Of a stretch of 64,000 bases of DNA, positions 51,755 through 61,410 are shown piece by piece. Each line of letters begins with the position of its first letter. Position 1 is the first letter of the stretch. A model generated the notes under the pieces. It worked only from the letters and a program-made list of their open reading frames with translations, was not told where the DNA came from and did not search any database. Location of the stretch: the NCBI GenBank assembly GCA_963740315.1, contig CAVUDP010000002.1, positions 2,944,001 to 3,008,000 of the forward strand. Direction: 5' to 3'. A program made the translations under genes and the position numbers. Origin of the DNA: an uncultured cyanobacterium. GTDB taxonomy: Bacteria; Cyanobacteriota; Cyanobacteriia; Cyanobacteriales; Nostocaceae.

Positions 51755-51900
51755 AACGTAAGTTCGATGGAAATAATCCAATCGTCAGAAGTCGGGTTTT
51801 TAGATGTGAGTATCTGTATCACGCTTACCAATTTTATAAAAACCCGACTTCTAAGTGTATGAGTGGTTGAAAGGTCGTTTTAATCCGTCGAACTCACGTT
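51755..51900. mobile_element. 146-bp MITE-like element with nested inverted repeats between ndhF and ndhD
   Basis: Outer 17-bp TIR AACGTAAGTTCGATGGA / TCCGTCGAACTCACGTT (2 mismatches); inner perfect 16-bp IR AGAAGTCGGGTTTTTA (51787) / TAAAAACCCGACTTCT (51837). Confidence 0.75.
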
Positions 51901-52002
51901 TTGTTAAATCAAGCAAAACATTAACGCCAAATCAGGAAAAACCTGCTACTTAATAGCTAGTAGTTGATAGCCAATATTTATAATTCCTTCCTAACTAATT
52001 CG

Positions 52003-53574
52003 ATGAATACAGCTAATTTTCCGTGGCTAACAACGATTATTTTGTTGCCCATCGCAGCATCGCTGTTAGTTCCTATCATTCCGGATAAAGAAGGTAAAAC
52101 GGTGCGCTGGTTTGCCCTAATAGTAGGGTTGATTGATTTTGCGCTGATTGTTACCGCTTTTTACACTCAGTACGACTTCTCAAATCCCGATTTGCAATTA
52201 GTAGAGAGTTATGCTTGGGTTCCCCAATTGGGTTTGAATTGGTCGGTAGGGGCAGATGGTTTATCAATGCCCTTAATTATTTTGACCGGATTCATTACCA
52301 CACTAGCGGCTTTAGCAGCTTGGCCAGTTACCTTTAAACCCAAGCTATTCTACTTTTTGATACTAGCAATGTACGGTGCACAAATTGCCGTATTTGCAGT
52401 TCAAGATATGCTGTTATTTTTCCTAGTGTGGGAACTCGAATTGATTCCGGTTTACCTCCTATTGTCAATTTGGGGAGGTAAAAAGCGGCATTATGCAGCC
52501 ACTAAGTTTATCTTGTATACCGCTGGTGCTTCGTTATTTATCTTGGTTGCATCCCTAACGATGGCATTTTACGGCGATAACATTACCTTTGATATGGCAA
52601 CCTTAGCCGCCAAAGATTTTCCCTTCAAGATGGAACTTCTGCTGTATGCAGCTTTCTTCATCGCTTACGCCGTCAAATTACCGATTATTCCTTTGCATAC
52701 CTGGCTACCAGATGCCCACGGTGAAGCTACAGCCCCCGTGCATATGTTGCTGGCTGGTATTTTGTTGAAAATGGGCGGTTATGCGTTGATTCGGATGAAT
52801 GCCCAAATGCTTCCCGATGCCCACGCTTATTTTGCGCCAGCGTTAATAATTTTGGGGGTTGTGAATATCATTTACGCCGCCTTAACGTCCTTTGCACAAC
52901 GTAACCTGAAGCGGAAAATTGCTTACTCTTCAATTTCTCACATGGGCTTTGTGCTGATTGGTATTGCTTGCTTCACCGATTTAGGTTTGAGTGGAGCGGT
53001 ACTGCAAATGGTTTCTCACGGGTTAATTGGGGCAAGTTTGTTCTTCTTAGTTGGTGCAACCTACGATAGAACCCACACCTTGATGCTCGATGAAATGGGT
53101 GGTGTTGGTCAAAAAATGAGTAAAATCTTTGCCATGTTTACCACCTGCTCGATGGCTTCTTTGGCATTGCCAGGAATGAGTGGTTTTGTGGCTGAGTTAA
53201 TGATATTCGTTGGTTTTGCCACCAGCGATGCTTATAGCAACACCTTTAAAATTATTGTGGTGTTCTTAATGGCAGTTGGTGTAATATTGACACCGATTTA
53301 TTTACTGTCAATGTTACGGGAGATTTTCTACGGTGAAGAAAACAAAGAGTTGACTTCCCATCAAAATCTTATAGATGCCGAACCCCGCGAAATATTCATT
53401 GTTGCTTGTTTGTTGATTCCAATTATCGGAATTGGTTTGTATCCGAAGATTTTGACTCAAATTTACGATGCGACAACAGTTCAATTAACTGCTAGATTGC
53501 GCGATTCGGTACCGAGTTTGGCTCAGCAGAAAGTGCCTGCGGTGTCGATGAGTGCGCCGGAGATTGGTGATTAG
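52003..53574 (+). CDS. ndhD: NDH-1 subunit 4 (NdhD1)
   Basis: [47 protein letters not shown] at 52003. Confidence 0.96.
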   Translation: MNTANFPWLTTIILLPIAASLLVPIIPDKEGKTVRWFALIVGLIDFALIVTAFYTQYDFSNPDLQLVESYAWVPQLGLNWSVGADGLSMPLIILTGFITTLAALAAWPVTFKPKLFYFLILAMYGAQIAVFAVQDMLLFFLVWELELIPVYLLLSIWGGKKRHYAATKFILYTAGASLFILVASLTMAFYGDNITFDMATLAAKDFPFKMELLLYAAFFIAYAVKLPIIPLHTWLPDAHGEATAPVHMLLAGILLKMGGYALIRMNAQMLPDAHAYFAPALIILGVVNIIYAALTSFAQRNLKRKIAYSSISHMGFVLIGIACFTDLGLSGAVLQMVSHGLIGASLFFLVGATYDRTHTLMLDEMGGVGQKMSKIFAMFTTCSMASLALPGMSGFVAELMIFVGFATSDAYSNTFKIIVVFLMAVGVILTPIYLLSMLREIFYGEENKELTSHQNLIDAEPREIFIVACLLIPIIGIGLYPKILTQIYDATTVQLTARLRDSVPSLAQQKVPAVSMSAPEIGD

Positions 53575-53601
53575 TTTTTAGTTTGAAGTAATTTTTTGAT
53601 G

Positions 53602-53635
53602 AAAGGGATGGGTTTTGAAACCTGTCCTTTTTTTT
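53602..53635 (+). terminator. Rho-independent terminator after ndhD
   Basis: AAAGGGATGGGTT...AACCTGTCCTTT followed by a T-run. Confidence 0.65.
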
Positions 53636-53936
53636 GTGGGTTGTGGGGATAATTCGGACGGGCAGGGATGCCCATCCCACAAGAATGTATTTGAATTAAG
53701 TAAAATTCCCATACGATAGATATTTCTTGTAAAGTGTGTAACGTTAATGAACTTGAACCTCTACATATTTCGATACTGAGAAAGGCAATTTCAGAAATAA
53801 TGAAAACTTCTGTTTTGGGTTAATATCAAAGAAGCCGTCACAAAGTGCCACTCTTTAATAACAATAAAAGTAATGATGTGTTATTTTCTGTCAAATCAGG
53901 GAAAACTAATAAAAACTGATTTGAAAATTAGCCATC

Positions 53937-54539
53937 ATGCCTTATTTTGAAGATTTCAACGAAACACAAGTACGCCAAACGTATGCTGAATTATCTCAGC
54001 TTGATCTAGAAGCTATCAAGAATCGTAGAAAAACTCTAACAGAGTGGGGCTTTAAGATACGCAATACTCATTCTTTTTATTCTCGAAATCTTAATACTAG
54101 TACAAAAGAATTATTTTATTATGTTTCAAGCTTTTTAAACTATTGGAATAAAGTCTTTGAGGGTATAGGTAGTGAAATACAGCCAATTAATTTTGATGAA
54201 TTGAGGCGAGTCAGCAACTGTGCCATAAAACTTAAGAATCTAGAAGCGATTCATAAACTAATGGCTTTTGCAACTATTGAAGAAATTCAACAAATAGCTT
54301 TTGGAATTGTTAATTCTAAAGGAGAATATTGGGAATATACGTACTACTTCATGAGATGTCCGGTCTCTGATGGTGTCAGATATTATGCTAGTTCCCTTAA
54401 TGGAAGATATGTCTTATTTGCTCATACCTTTTTAGCCGCAGGTGATTATCTTGGTTTTGATCACCATATGAAAATAGTAGAATACTATGAAAATAAATTA
54501 GTGGAAAATTTTTCAACATGTACTGAGGAAATGCTATAG
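53937..54539 (+). CDS. Hypothetical protein (200 aa), AT-rich accessory gene
   Basis: Clean ORF; no recognised motif; no HIP1 site seen. Confidence 0.65.
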   Translation: MPYFEDFNETQVRQTYAELSQLDLEAIKNRRKTLTEWGFKIRNTHSFYSRNLNTSTKELFYYVSSFLNYWNKVFEGIGSEIQPINFDELRRVSNCAIKLKNLEAIHKLMAFATIEEIQQIAFGIVNSKGEYWEYTYYFMRCPVSDGVRYYASSLNGRYVLFAHTFLAAGDYLGFDHHMKIVEYYENKLVENFSTCTEEML

Positions 54540-54675
54540 AAGCTCTGTATCCTCGCAGGAAAGAAAGACTTAAATTTCACTCAACACTCAAATGCCAAAT
54601 TTATTTGCTAACATCTAACAAGACTGCTATTATCTGCGGTTACAATAAAAAATTTATGATGATTTTTATACAAAC

Positions 54676-54924
54676 ATGAGTAATCAACAGCTTGAGGAAA
54701 AGCAACAACATGAATTTGATTTATGTTTAGCTAAAAGCTTGGGAATATCAATGGATGACTTATACTCCTTAGACTATAAGGTTTCACAAAATACAAGTGA
54801 TGATGGATGCTTGTATGGTTATATAGTTGAATTTGATGAAGATTCACCTAAAGAGATACTTGACAAAATTAGTGGTTTAGAAAATAACAATACTGTATAT
54901 CTAGAGGCTAATGCATTTGATTAA
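54676..54924 (+). CDS. Small acidic hypothetical protein (82 aa)
   Basis: Clean ORF rich in D/E; followed by a hairpin. Confidence 0.65.
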   Translation: MSNQQLEEKQQHEFDLCLAKSLGISMDDLYSLDYKVSQNTSDDGCLYGYIVEFDEDSPKEILDKISGLENNNTVYLEANAFD

Positions 54925-54944
54925 AGTATTCAGATAATTTAATC

Positions 54945-54990
54945 AAAGAAATAACTCCTAGCAGTTTTATTCGCTGCTAGGTATTTCTTT
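54945..54990 (+). terminator. Hairpin after the acidic ORF
   Basis: AAAGAAATA(ACT)CCTAGCAG ... CTGCTAGGTATTTCTTT. Confidence 0.6.
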
Positions 54991-55047
54991 TCAGGATGAA
55001 TATTACTTAAGAATCTTAATTTAAATCCTGCTGAATCTCTTCAACAA

Positions 55048-55386
55048 ATGGTTTCAGCTTATACAGAATACCTCACCATTGCAGAACAAGAAAAGACTAA
55101 ACGCCGCGATATTGAAGCTTGGGAAAAAGAAGCGATTGCTAGAATCAATGCTCAACGCGATTTAGTAATAACATACCTCGATCGCTCTTTTGATGAACGA
55201 GCCGAAAATTTTCGCGCTTTATTTGGTGTCGTTGATGATGCTCTTTTATCAGGTGATAATCAACAACTTGCTCTGGCTTTAAATTCAATTACAGAAATAG
55301 CTAAATCTAGTCCTTTTAAAGACTTGGCTAATTTAAATAACGTTCGCGCTGCGCTCAACGATCCAAACCACGTATGGGAATTTTGA
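55048..55386 (+). CDS. Hypothetical coiled-coil protein, possibly 5'-truncated
   Basis: EQEKTKRRDI, YLDRSFDERA, AKSSPFKDL; frame is open upstream (…NLNPAESLQQ) to a stop at 54997. Confidence 0.65.
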   Translation: MVSAYTEYLTIAEQEKTKRRDIEAWEKEAIARINAQRDLVITYLDRSFDERAENFRALFGVVDDALLSGDNQQLALALNSITEIAKSSPFKDLANLNNVRAALNDPNHVWEF

Positions 55387-55402
55387 TTTTATAAATATCA
55401 TT

Positions 55403-55588
55403 GGTGCGTGACGCTATAAGCCTTTTGATTAGGTATTAAATTCGTCGAAGCGTCACACACCCTACAAAAAATATCTACAAAAGCCCGTGCAGACGGTGAG
55501 TCTAGTTGGGGGTGTCGGTTTCCGTCCCCCAAACTAGCGAACCCGGAGGGGCTTCGTTTTTGTAGCCCCAGGTTTCTAACCTGCGGGC
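55403..55588. repeat. Cluster of REP/SDR-like palindromic repeats
   Basis: GGTGCGTGACGCT...GCGTCACACACCCTAC (55403-55465); CTAGTTGGGGG...CCCCCAAACTAG hairpin inside AAGCCC...GGGCTT (about 55480-55555). Confidence 0.7.
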
Positions 55589-55610
55589 AATTTTTATGTC
55601 CTTGCGATCG

Positions 55611-55712
55611 CTAACTAAAATATCTATAGAACGTCAAGAAGCGGAAAATAGAGCGCAAATGCTGGCAGAAAGGTTAAAAGCTTTGGGTGTAGATCCAGAT
55701 AGTTTGGGTTAA
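55611..55712 (+). pseudogene. 3' remnant of a Uma2/DUF820-type gene
   Basis: Translates ...ERQEAENRAQMLAERLKALGVDPDSLG*, the typical cyanobacterial Uma2 C-terminal tail; begins at the HIP1 site 55604-55611. Confidence 0.7.
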
Positions 55713-55829
55713 AAGTAAAACGATCCAATATTGTAAAATACACTGATTAAAGCGTAACATTGTGTACTAGTAAATTTATAGAGTAAATTATTTGCTTTAT
55801 TCTGTAAGAGTTTGTTGTTGGCAATTTCT

Positions 55830-56303
55830 ATGAATTTACTGAAGAATAAGTTTCAAGTCGGCATTGTAGTTCTAAGCATTATCGGAAATTTAGCATTTTT
55901 ACCTAGCGCTGAGGGTAGTGCAAATAGTAATCTTGGAGTCACAGTTAAAGGACTTAAAAATCAAAAAGGACAAGTTTGTTTTAGTCTTTTTTCTAGCAGT
56001 CGCGGTTTTCCCAGCAATGATAAACGTGCTGTAAAAGCACAATGCGTCAAGCTTGGAGATAGCAATGTAAAATTGAATATTCCTTCTTTAAAAGCCGGAA
56101 CTTATGCGATCGCCATGTTTCACGATAGCAATGGCGATGGCAAACTTAATACCAGCGCTTTCGGTATTCCTAAAGAAGGTTTCGGATTTTCTCGAAATCC
56201 TCGAATTCTTACTGGTCCCCCTAAGTTTGGCGATTCCGCTGTTTTTGTAGTTGGTTCGAGTACTAATATTCAAATTGATATGAATTACTTTTTTGGTGGT
56301 TAA
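55830..56303 (+). CDS. DUF2141-family secreted protein
   Basis: Signal peptide; GTYAIAMFHDSNGDGKL, GIPKEGFGFSRNP, GPPKF. Confidence 0.92.
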   Translation: MNLLKNKFQVGIVVLSIIGNLAFLPSAEGSANSNLGVTVKGLKNQKGQVCFSLFSSSRGFPSNDKRAVKAQCVKLGDSNVKLNIPSLKAGTYAIAMFHDSNGDGKLNTSAFGIPKEGFGFSRNPRILTGPPKFGDSAVFVVGSSTNIQIDMNYFFGG

Positions 56304-56396
56304 TACGGCTTTTTTTGTTGTGGATATGACAGGCTGTTTTATTAATTAAACGGTATTGTTCGCAGCATTGTATTTTACATAAACTGTGGGAGGGAG

Positions 56397-56425
56397 GAGA
56401 CGTAGCAGTGCTACGTCTCTACATT
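56397..56425. repeat. REP-like palindrome GAGACGTAGCAGTGCTACGTCTCTACATT, left copy
   Basis: Identical to 57315-57343; same family as the seed of the 8209 minisatellite. Confidence 0.85.
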
Positions 56426-56451
56426 ATTTATGGGTTATTTAAACAGATATA

Positions 56452-56470
56452 AATACATTAGTACTATAAT
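56452..56470 (+). promoter_or_regulatory. Cyanobacterial LexA-like box overlapping a TATAAT -10 element
   Basis: AATACATTAGTACT (reverse complement AGTACTAATGTATT; 1 mismatch to RGTACNNNDGTWCB) shares its last base with TATAAT at 56465-56470. Confidence 0.5.
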
Positions 56471-56605
56471 GTTTTTAGGTGAAGATAGCTTAGCCATTAA
56501 ATTCGCTTTGAATGATGATTTGGCTGTTGTTGGGGGAAGTATATGTATAGAGCCGTTGATGGCGGATTGTAAAAATCATTAATTAGTAAAAGCATTTACG
56601 GAAAT

Positions 56606-57286
56606 ATGGATATTAAATTGGGCTTTGGATCGATTCCGAGATTGCAGTATATCTTTGTGAGTAGAGAAAATGATTCCTGCTGGTATACGCTTTCTGAAGA
56701 AAATAAACAGATTCCCATTTACGATAAAGCTTTGACTGGGATAATAACTGGAATCGAAGTTAATAAAAAAGTTGAAACTTCGTTTGGAGAAACTGAAAAA
56801 ACCGATTTACATATTCTCGCAGATAAGCCTTATGTTGTGCGATCGGGTAGCGATTCTTACTTTTCCAAAAGTTTGTTACTATCTTTGGATAATCTGAGTT
56901 CTGAAGAATTACAGCATCCATTGACGATCGCGGTTGAACCTGGAGATAAAAAAGTTGTCTTTTGTAAGGTTTACAATCCAATGACTTTCAGAAGTATAGG
57001 TGTTAGTTGGGATGGATATAAAGAAATTAACTGGCAAGTTTTAGGAGAAAGTTTAGCTTTAAAAGTTAGTCGGAAAACACAACAAGATGCTGAATTAACA
57101 ACCGCACAATTGGGCGAAGATTTGATTGCTTTGTCCGATAAATATTTAAGACAATTAAATTGGACGACGGAACAGGGAAGAGAGTATTTGCAGCAAAGAT
57201 ATCATAAACGCTCGCGGACACTATTAACTGATGCAGAGCTTTTGGATTTCATTGAATATTTGAAGTTGCAACCGCAGCGGATTTAA
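56606..57286 (+). CDS. Hypothetical protein; beta-rich N-domain and C-terminal WTTEQGREYL...KRSR..LTDAELLDF helical module
   Basis: 226-aa clean ORF; the C-terminal module is recalled from other cyanobacterial proteins of unknown function. Confidence 0.8.
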   Translation: MDIKLGFGSIPRLQYIFVSRENDSCWYTLSEENKQIPIYDKALTGIITGIEVNKKVETSFGETEKTDLHILADKPYVVRSGSDSYFSKSLLLSLDNLSSEELQHPLTIAVEPGDKKVVFCKVYNPMTFRSIGVSWDGYKEINWQVLGESLALKVSRKTQQDAELTTAQLGEDLIALSDKYLRQLNWTTEQGREYLQQRYHKRSRTLLTDAELLDFIEYLKLQPQRI

Positions 57287-57314
57287 TTATATTTTATTTG
57301 ATATGACATTGTTT

Positions 57315-57343
57315 GAGACGTAGCAGTGCTACGTCTCTACATT
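57315..57343. repeat. REP-like palindrome, right copy
   Basis: 29 bp identical to 56397-56425, same orientation. Confidence 0.85.
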
Positions 57344-57344
57344 T

Positions 57345-58847
57345 TTAAGGTACCCGACAGAATTTTCGGTCATTATCGTCTTTGGGATTTTGCCAAGAGT
57401 AAGCGAAATGGCTGACTCCTTTAAGAGATGACTTGTATTGACTCAAATCTTGCATCTGTTTTTCTAAGGATGGACGATTGCTCACGGATTTCCCCCAAGC
57501 ACCAGCTAAGGCTGGAATTACCTGGGTTCCCGGTTTAGCGGTGTTTAATACTCGCCCTACTTGAGAAACAATACACCGGGTATTACCGCATTTTCCGTAA
57601 GCCATTGGATGCCATTCTAATGAGTTAGGAAATCTATCCCAAGGCTGTAAGCGAGAATCGTAACCTCTTCCTACTGTTTTATTGCCACCGGGGAAAAATA
57701 CTACTCCTGCGGGAATTCCTTGCTGCTGTGCTGGGTAAGCTGCGAGTGCTAAAAAATCGACAATACCCTGCATGGCATGAGCAACGGAAAGTTGCCATAA
57801 TTCTGATTGCAGTTGAGGTTGTCTTTGTTCGGGGGAACTGATCGCCTTTTGCTGTATGGGTGGGGTGCGCCCTTGCCATAAAGGTTCCCCTTCTTGAGGA
57901 TACTGTTTGTCAAGTTGAGCTATATCTGATGATGTGACGTATCCTTTGCTCAAGAATAGCCGAATCATTTGCAATCCTTTGTTATTCAGCGCTCGTTGAA
58001 ATAAAGCTTGTTGAGTAGATTTGCTGTACAACCATAAATCTGTAACTCTGCTGGCGATCGAATCTTTACCTGCTTGACGAGGATAGCGCACGTAGTCAAA
58101 TAGTACCCCATCCGGACGACGGCGCATTACCTCCGTCATCATTTGATAAAAGTCGCGCTTTGCCTGTAAATTATAAGGATCGACAAATACTTGAGAACCG
58201 TTATCTACTACATATAAGCTAGTTTGACCTTTGCCATTGCGGGCGATCGCCTCTTCTTTATCTTTACGTTTGGCATAGGTATAGCCGAAATTAGTGGTAA
58301 ACATCCAGGAATAGGTTTTTAATCCCCGTTCGCGCCCTTTTTGAATAGATTGCGCCAATAAATCGGTATTTTCTTCACCTTTAGTCCGAATTACAGAGGG
58401 CCATGTTGTAGAATTCGAGTTGACTGGTAACAGTACTCGCCCATCATAAAACGTTTCTACATAAACTTGGTTGTAGCCTTTGTTGACAATATTATCCATA
58501 ATCCTGTCAAGTGCCCCCGTCTTAACGTCGCAAGGATACAAGCGCAACCAGATTGCTTGAACTTGGGGCCACGTGCGTCTGCGACAGTCTTGTACTGCAA
58601 GCGAGTGCTGTCTCACTATTTGCTGGTAACGGTTTGCTGCCTCGCGATCGCCTTTTTGTGCCGATACGCGCAAATTTTCTTTTTGTTCGACGGCATCAGA
58701 TGATATATGGCAATACTTGGTTACTTGTGCGTTTGCTGGTTGATTAAGGTTAGGAACAAGCAGACTAGTACCAAAAATTACTGCTAACAGATGTCGTAAA
58801 AATAACTTTGGTTTTGCAACATTCAAGGCACGCTTAGACATATTCAC
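57345..58847 (-). CDS. Glycoside hydrolase-like family 10 (GHL10/DUF187) secreted protein
   Basis: Signal peptide ending ANA; QAIWLRL, GYNQVYVETFYDG, PDGVLFDYVRYP, WHPMAY. Confidence 0.85.
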   Translation of the reverse strand: MNMSKRALNVAKPKLFLRHLLAVIFGTSLLVPNLNQPANAQVTKYCHISSDAVEQKENLRVSAQKGDREAANRYQQIVRQHSLAVQDCRRRTWPQVQAIWLRLYPCDVKTGALDRIMDNIVNKGYNQVYVETFYDGRVLLPVNSNSTTWPSVIRTKGEENTDLLAQSIQKGRERGLKTYSWMFTTNFGYTYAKRKDKEEAIARNGKGQTSLYVVDNGSQVFVDPYNLQAKRDFYQMMTEVMRRRPDGVLFDYVRYPRQAGKDSIASRVTDLWLYSKSTQQALFQRALNNKGLQMIRLFLSKGYVTSSDIAQLDKQYPQEGEPLWQGRTPPIQQKAISSPEQRQPQLQSELWQLSVAHAMQGIVDFLALAAYPAQQQGIPAGVVFFPGGNKTVGRGYDSRLQPWDRFPNSLEWHPMAYGKCGNTRCIVSQVGRVLNTAKPGTQVIPALAGAWGKSVSNRPSLEKQMQDLSQYKSSLKGVSHFAYSWQNPKDDNDRKFCRVP

Positions 58848-59344
58848 TAATAAAATTAAAAAAAGTAACCAATCCCAATACGCTTCTATTAGGTAACGTG
58901 TATTTTATTACATAATTTAGCAATAAGAGCTTTGAAGGCTATATTTTACAGACTTCTTATCACCTATTTCTGTTGCCGCATATGATTATTCGATTTTTAC
59001 CAAAATGTCAACGGCGACAACTTTTAGCAATTATATGTTTGTTTTATTGCTTGTAAACAAATCCGTAGCATCCACAAGTAGCTATGATACTTTGATTTTT
59101 TGGCAATTAAACCAGCTTGATTATTTTTTAGCCAATTAATATTTACTTTTAAACGGAACAGTATTAGAACTGATAATTTATAAAATATTTTGTCAACGAT
59201 AGAATTTTTTGGATGCTTCCTTTCTACCGTGCTTTACTGCAATTATTTATCTAACTTAGGCACAATTTGATTGTGAGAATTTTTATAGCAAATAAAGATT
59301 AATTGATAATAAATCAGAAATAATAAAAAATTAACAATTTGTTA

Positions 59345-59383
59345 CGGTTAGTAGTTGTTTTTTAGACTTTTAACTACTAACCG
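59345..59383 (-). terminator. Hairpin downstream of psb27
   Basis: Perfect 12-bp stem CGGTTAGTAGTT / AACTACTAACCG. Confidence 0.6.
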
Positions 59384-59404
59384 CGTAATAGATGGATAGA
59401 GCAA

Positions 59405-59803
59405 CTAAGCACCACGCCTGAGCGCTGCTTCTACTTGCTTGAATTCTTTTTCCAAACGATTTTTCAGCTTTTCAGGTACGGGACGATTTGGATAGGAACT
59501 ATAGTGTCCTGCTAGGGAGTTAAGAGCAGTTCGCATAGTCGTAAAAGAACCTAAAGCAGCTACAGAGCTATTGCGTTGATAGCGAGCTGCAAACTCATTA
59601 ATCTTTTTACGCGCTTCTGCTTGAACTGCTGCTTTATCTGCTGCATCATCAGGTGAATCCAAAGCCGATCTCAACACGCTAACTATATTTAGGGTGTCTT
59701 GCTGATAATCCCCAGTTAATTGATCCCGATTACCGGAACATCCAGTCAAACCAATGACTACAACCAAAACTAGGGCAAGTAAATGTGACCAATAGCGCTT
59801 CAT
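59405..59803 (-). CDS. psb27: Photosystem II assembly lipoprotein Psb27
   Basis: Lipobox LTGC; LTGDYQQDT, SFTTMRTALNSLAGHYSSYPNRPVP; ATG at 59803. Confidence 0.96.
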   Translation of the reverse strand: MKRYWSHLLALVLVVVIGLTGCSGNRDQLTGDYQQDTLNIVSVLRSALDSPDDAADKAAVQAEARKKINEFAARYQRNSSVAALGSFTTMRTALNSLAGHYSSYPNRPVPEKLKNRLEKEFKQVEAALRRGA

Positions 59804-60023
59804 ATCTTTTTGTGAATAAATACTCAAATCAACGTCTATCCTATCCTGTATTTGTATCGTGGGGATCGTTTCTTGAAGAAGCATGAAGAAGGGAATTGGG
59901 AATTGGGCATAGAAGAGAGCGGAGGAAGCCGAGGGAGCCGAGGAAGAAAATAAGAAAATTAATTACTTCCTCTCCCCATCTCCCCCGAACCCCATCTCCC
60001 CCGAACCCCATCCCCCATCCCCT

Positions 60024-61166
60024 TCAAACCTTCTCATAAAGCGTATTTCTTTGCTGATATGGTCTTCCTAGATTCGCGATCGTAGCTTGGAGAGTTTCTA
60101 CTTCCATGCAGGTACCGCCGATCGCACCTGCCATTGTGGTAATATGCTCCTCCATCAAGGTACCGCCAATATCGTTGCAACCGCAGGTTAAAGCCTTGGC
60201 TGCTCCTTCAATTCCCAGTTTTACCCAACTAGGTTGATGGTTCGGTATCCAATTTCCTAAATAAATGCGGGCTACAGCAGTAATCAAAAGTGATGAATCT
60301 AACTCCGGCTGGTCGCGTCCAACACGACGGCGTAAGGGTTTTGGCGCTTCTTGACCGACAAATGGTAATAAAATAAACTCGGTTATCCGAGCAGAATAAG
60401 CTTTGTTAACGGCAGTTTTTTGCAGCGATCGCAATTTTTCAAAATGTCCGATTTGCTGTTCTGGGGTTTCGATATGTCCCGACAACATGGTGCTGGTGGT
60501 GGGTAAACCTAATTGATGGGCGGTACCGACAATTTCTAACCAAGTTGCAGCGTTGGTTTTTTCGGGACAAAGAATACGCCTGACTTCATCATCTAAGACT
60601 TCTGCTGCTGTTCCGGGCATGGAACCCACGCCAGATGATTGTAAGGCGGCTATGACTTGTGCATAACTTAGTCCGTCAAGTTTGGCGATGAATTGCACTT
60701 CCTGGGGAGAAAAAGCATGAAGATGGAGGTGGGGAAATTCTTGTTTGATAGTTTCTACCAACTTCAGATAGTAAGTTAAAGATTTACCATCTATTTTTGC
60801 TTCGGGGTTTAATCCGCCTTGCATACAGATTTCCGTGGCACCCCGCTTGACTGCATCCGTAGTTTTTTCTAAAATTTGCCCCCAATCCAACCAGAAAGCA
60901 TCCGTATCGCCATCATCTCTTCGGAATGCACAGAAACTACAGTGTTGCTCGCATATGTTAGTAAAATTAATATTTCGGTTGATTATATAGGTGACAGTAT
61001 CCCCCGCTTGTTCTCGTCGTAGTTTATCGGCTGCTGTATAAATAGCGGCGATCGCGCTCGGTTCGGTTTGTTTTAATAATGTAATTCCTTCTTCGTTCGT
61101 TAAATCATCACCTTGGCAGGCACGCTCAAGAATTGCATCAACTGGATTTTTCGTAAGATTTTTCAT
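60024..61166 (-). CDS. cofH: FO (deazariboflavin) synthase subunit CofH
   Basis: [53 protein letters not shown]. Confidence 0.93.
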   Translation of the reverse strand: MKNLTKNPVDAILERACQGDDLTNEEGITLLKQTEPSAIAAIYTAADKLRREQAGDTVTYIINRNINFTNICEQHCSFCAFRRDDGDTDAFWLDWGQILEKTTDAVKRGATEICMQGGLNPEAKIDGKSLTYYLKLVETIKQEFPHLHLHAFSPQEVQFIAKLDGLSYAQVIAALQSSGVGSMPGTAAEVLDDEVRRILCPEKTNAATWLEIVGTAHQLGLPTTSTMLSGHIETPEQQIGHFEKLRSLQKTAVNKAYSARITEFILLPFVGQEAPKPLRRRVGRDQPELDSSLLITAVARIYLGNWIPNHQPSWVKLGIEGAAKALTCGCNDIGGTLMEEHITTMAGAIGGTCMEVETLQATIANLGRPYQQRNTLYEKV

Positions 61167-61410
61167 AGAAGTTTATCTAAAAAGACTATTCTTCAAAAAC
61201 TAAGGCACATCTTCTATTTTTACAGGTCATTTAATGTAATACAAATGACAAAACTAAATTAATTAAAATAACTATTAGGGAAAGGACTTAATAATTTTTT
61301 ACCTTTGACTTTTAACCTTTGACCTTTAACCTTTTAAAAATACCTATTCTCAAAAAGCTAATTTCGAGCATAATTACTAGAAGCACTTAGTCTAAAATAT
61401 TCTTTTCTTC

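Noticed and set aside
55754..55767. NtcA box upstream of the DUF2141 gene
   Set aside because: It matches GTA-N8-TAC but has no TAN3T at 22 nt and no supporting context.
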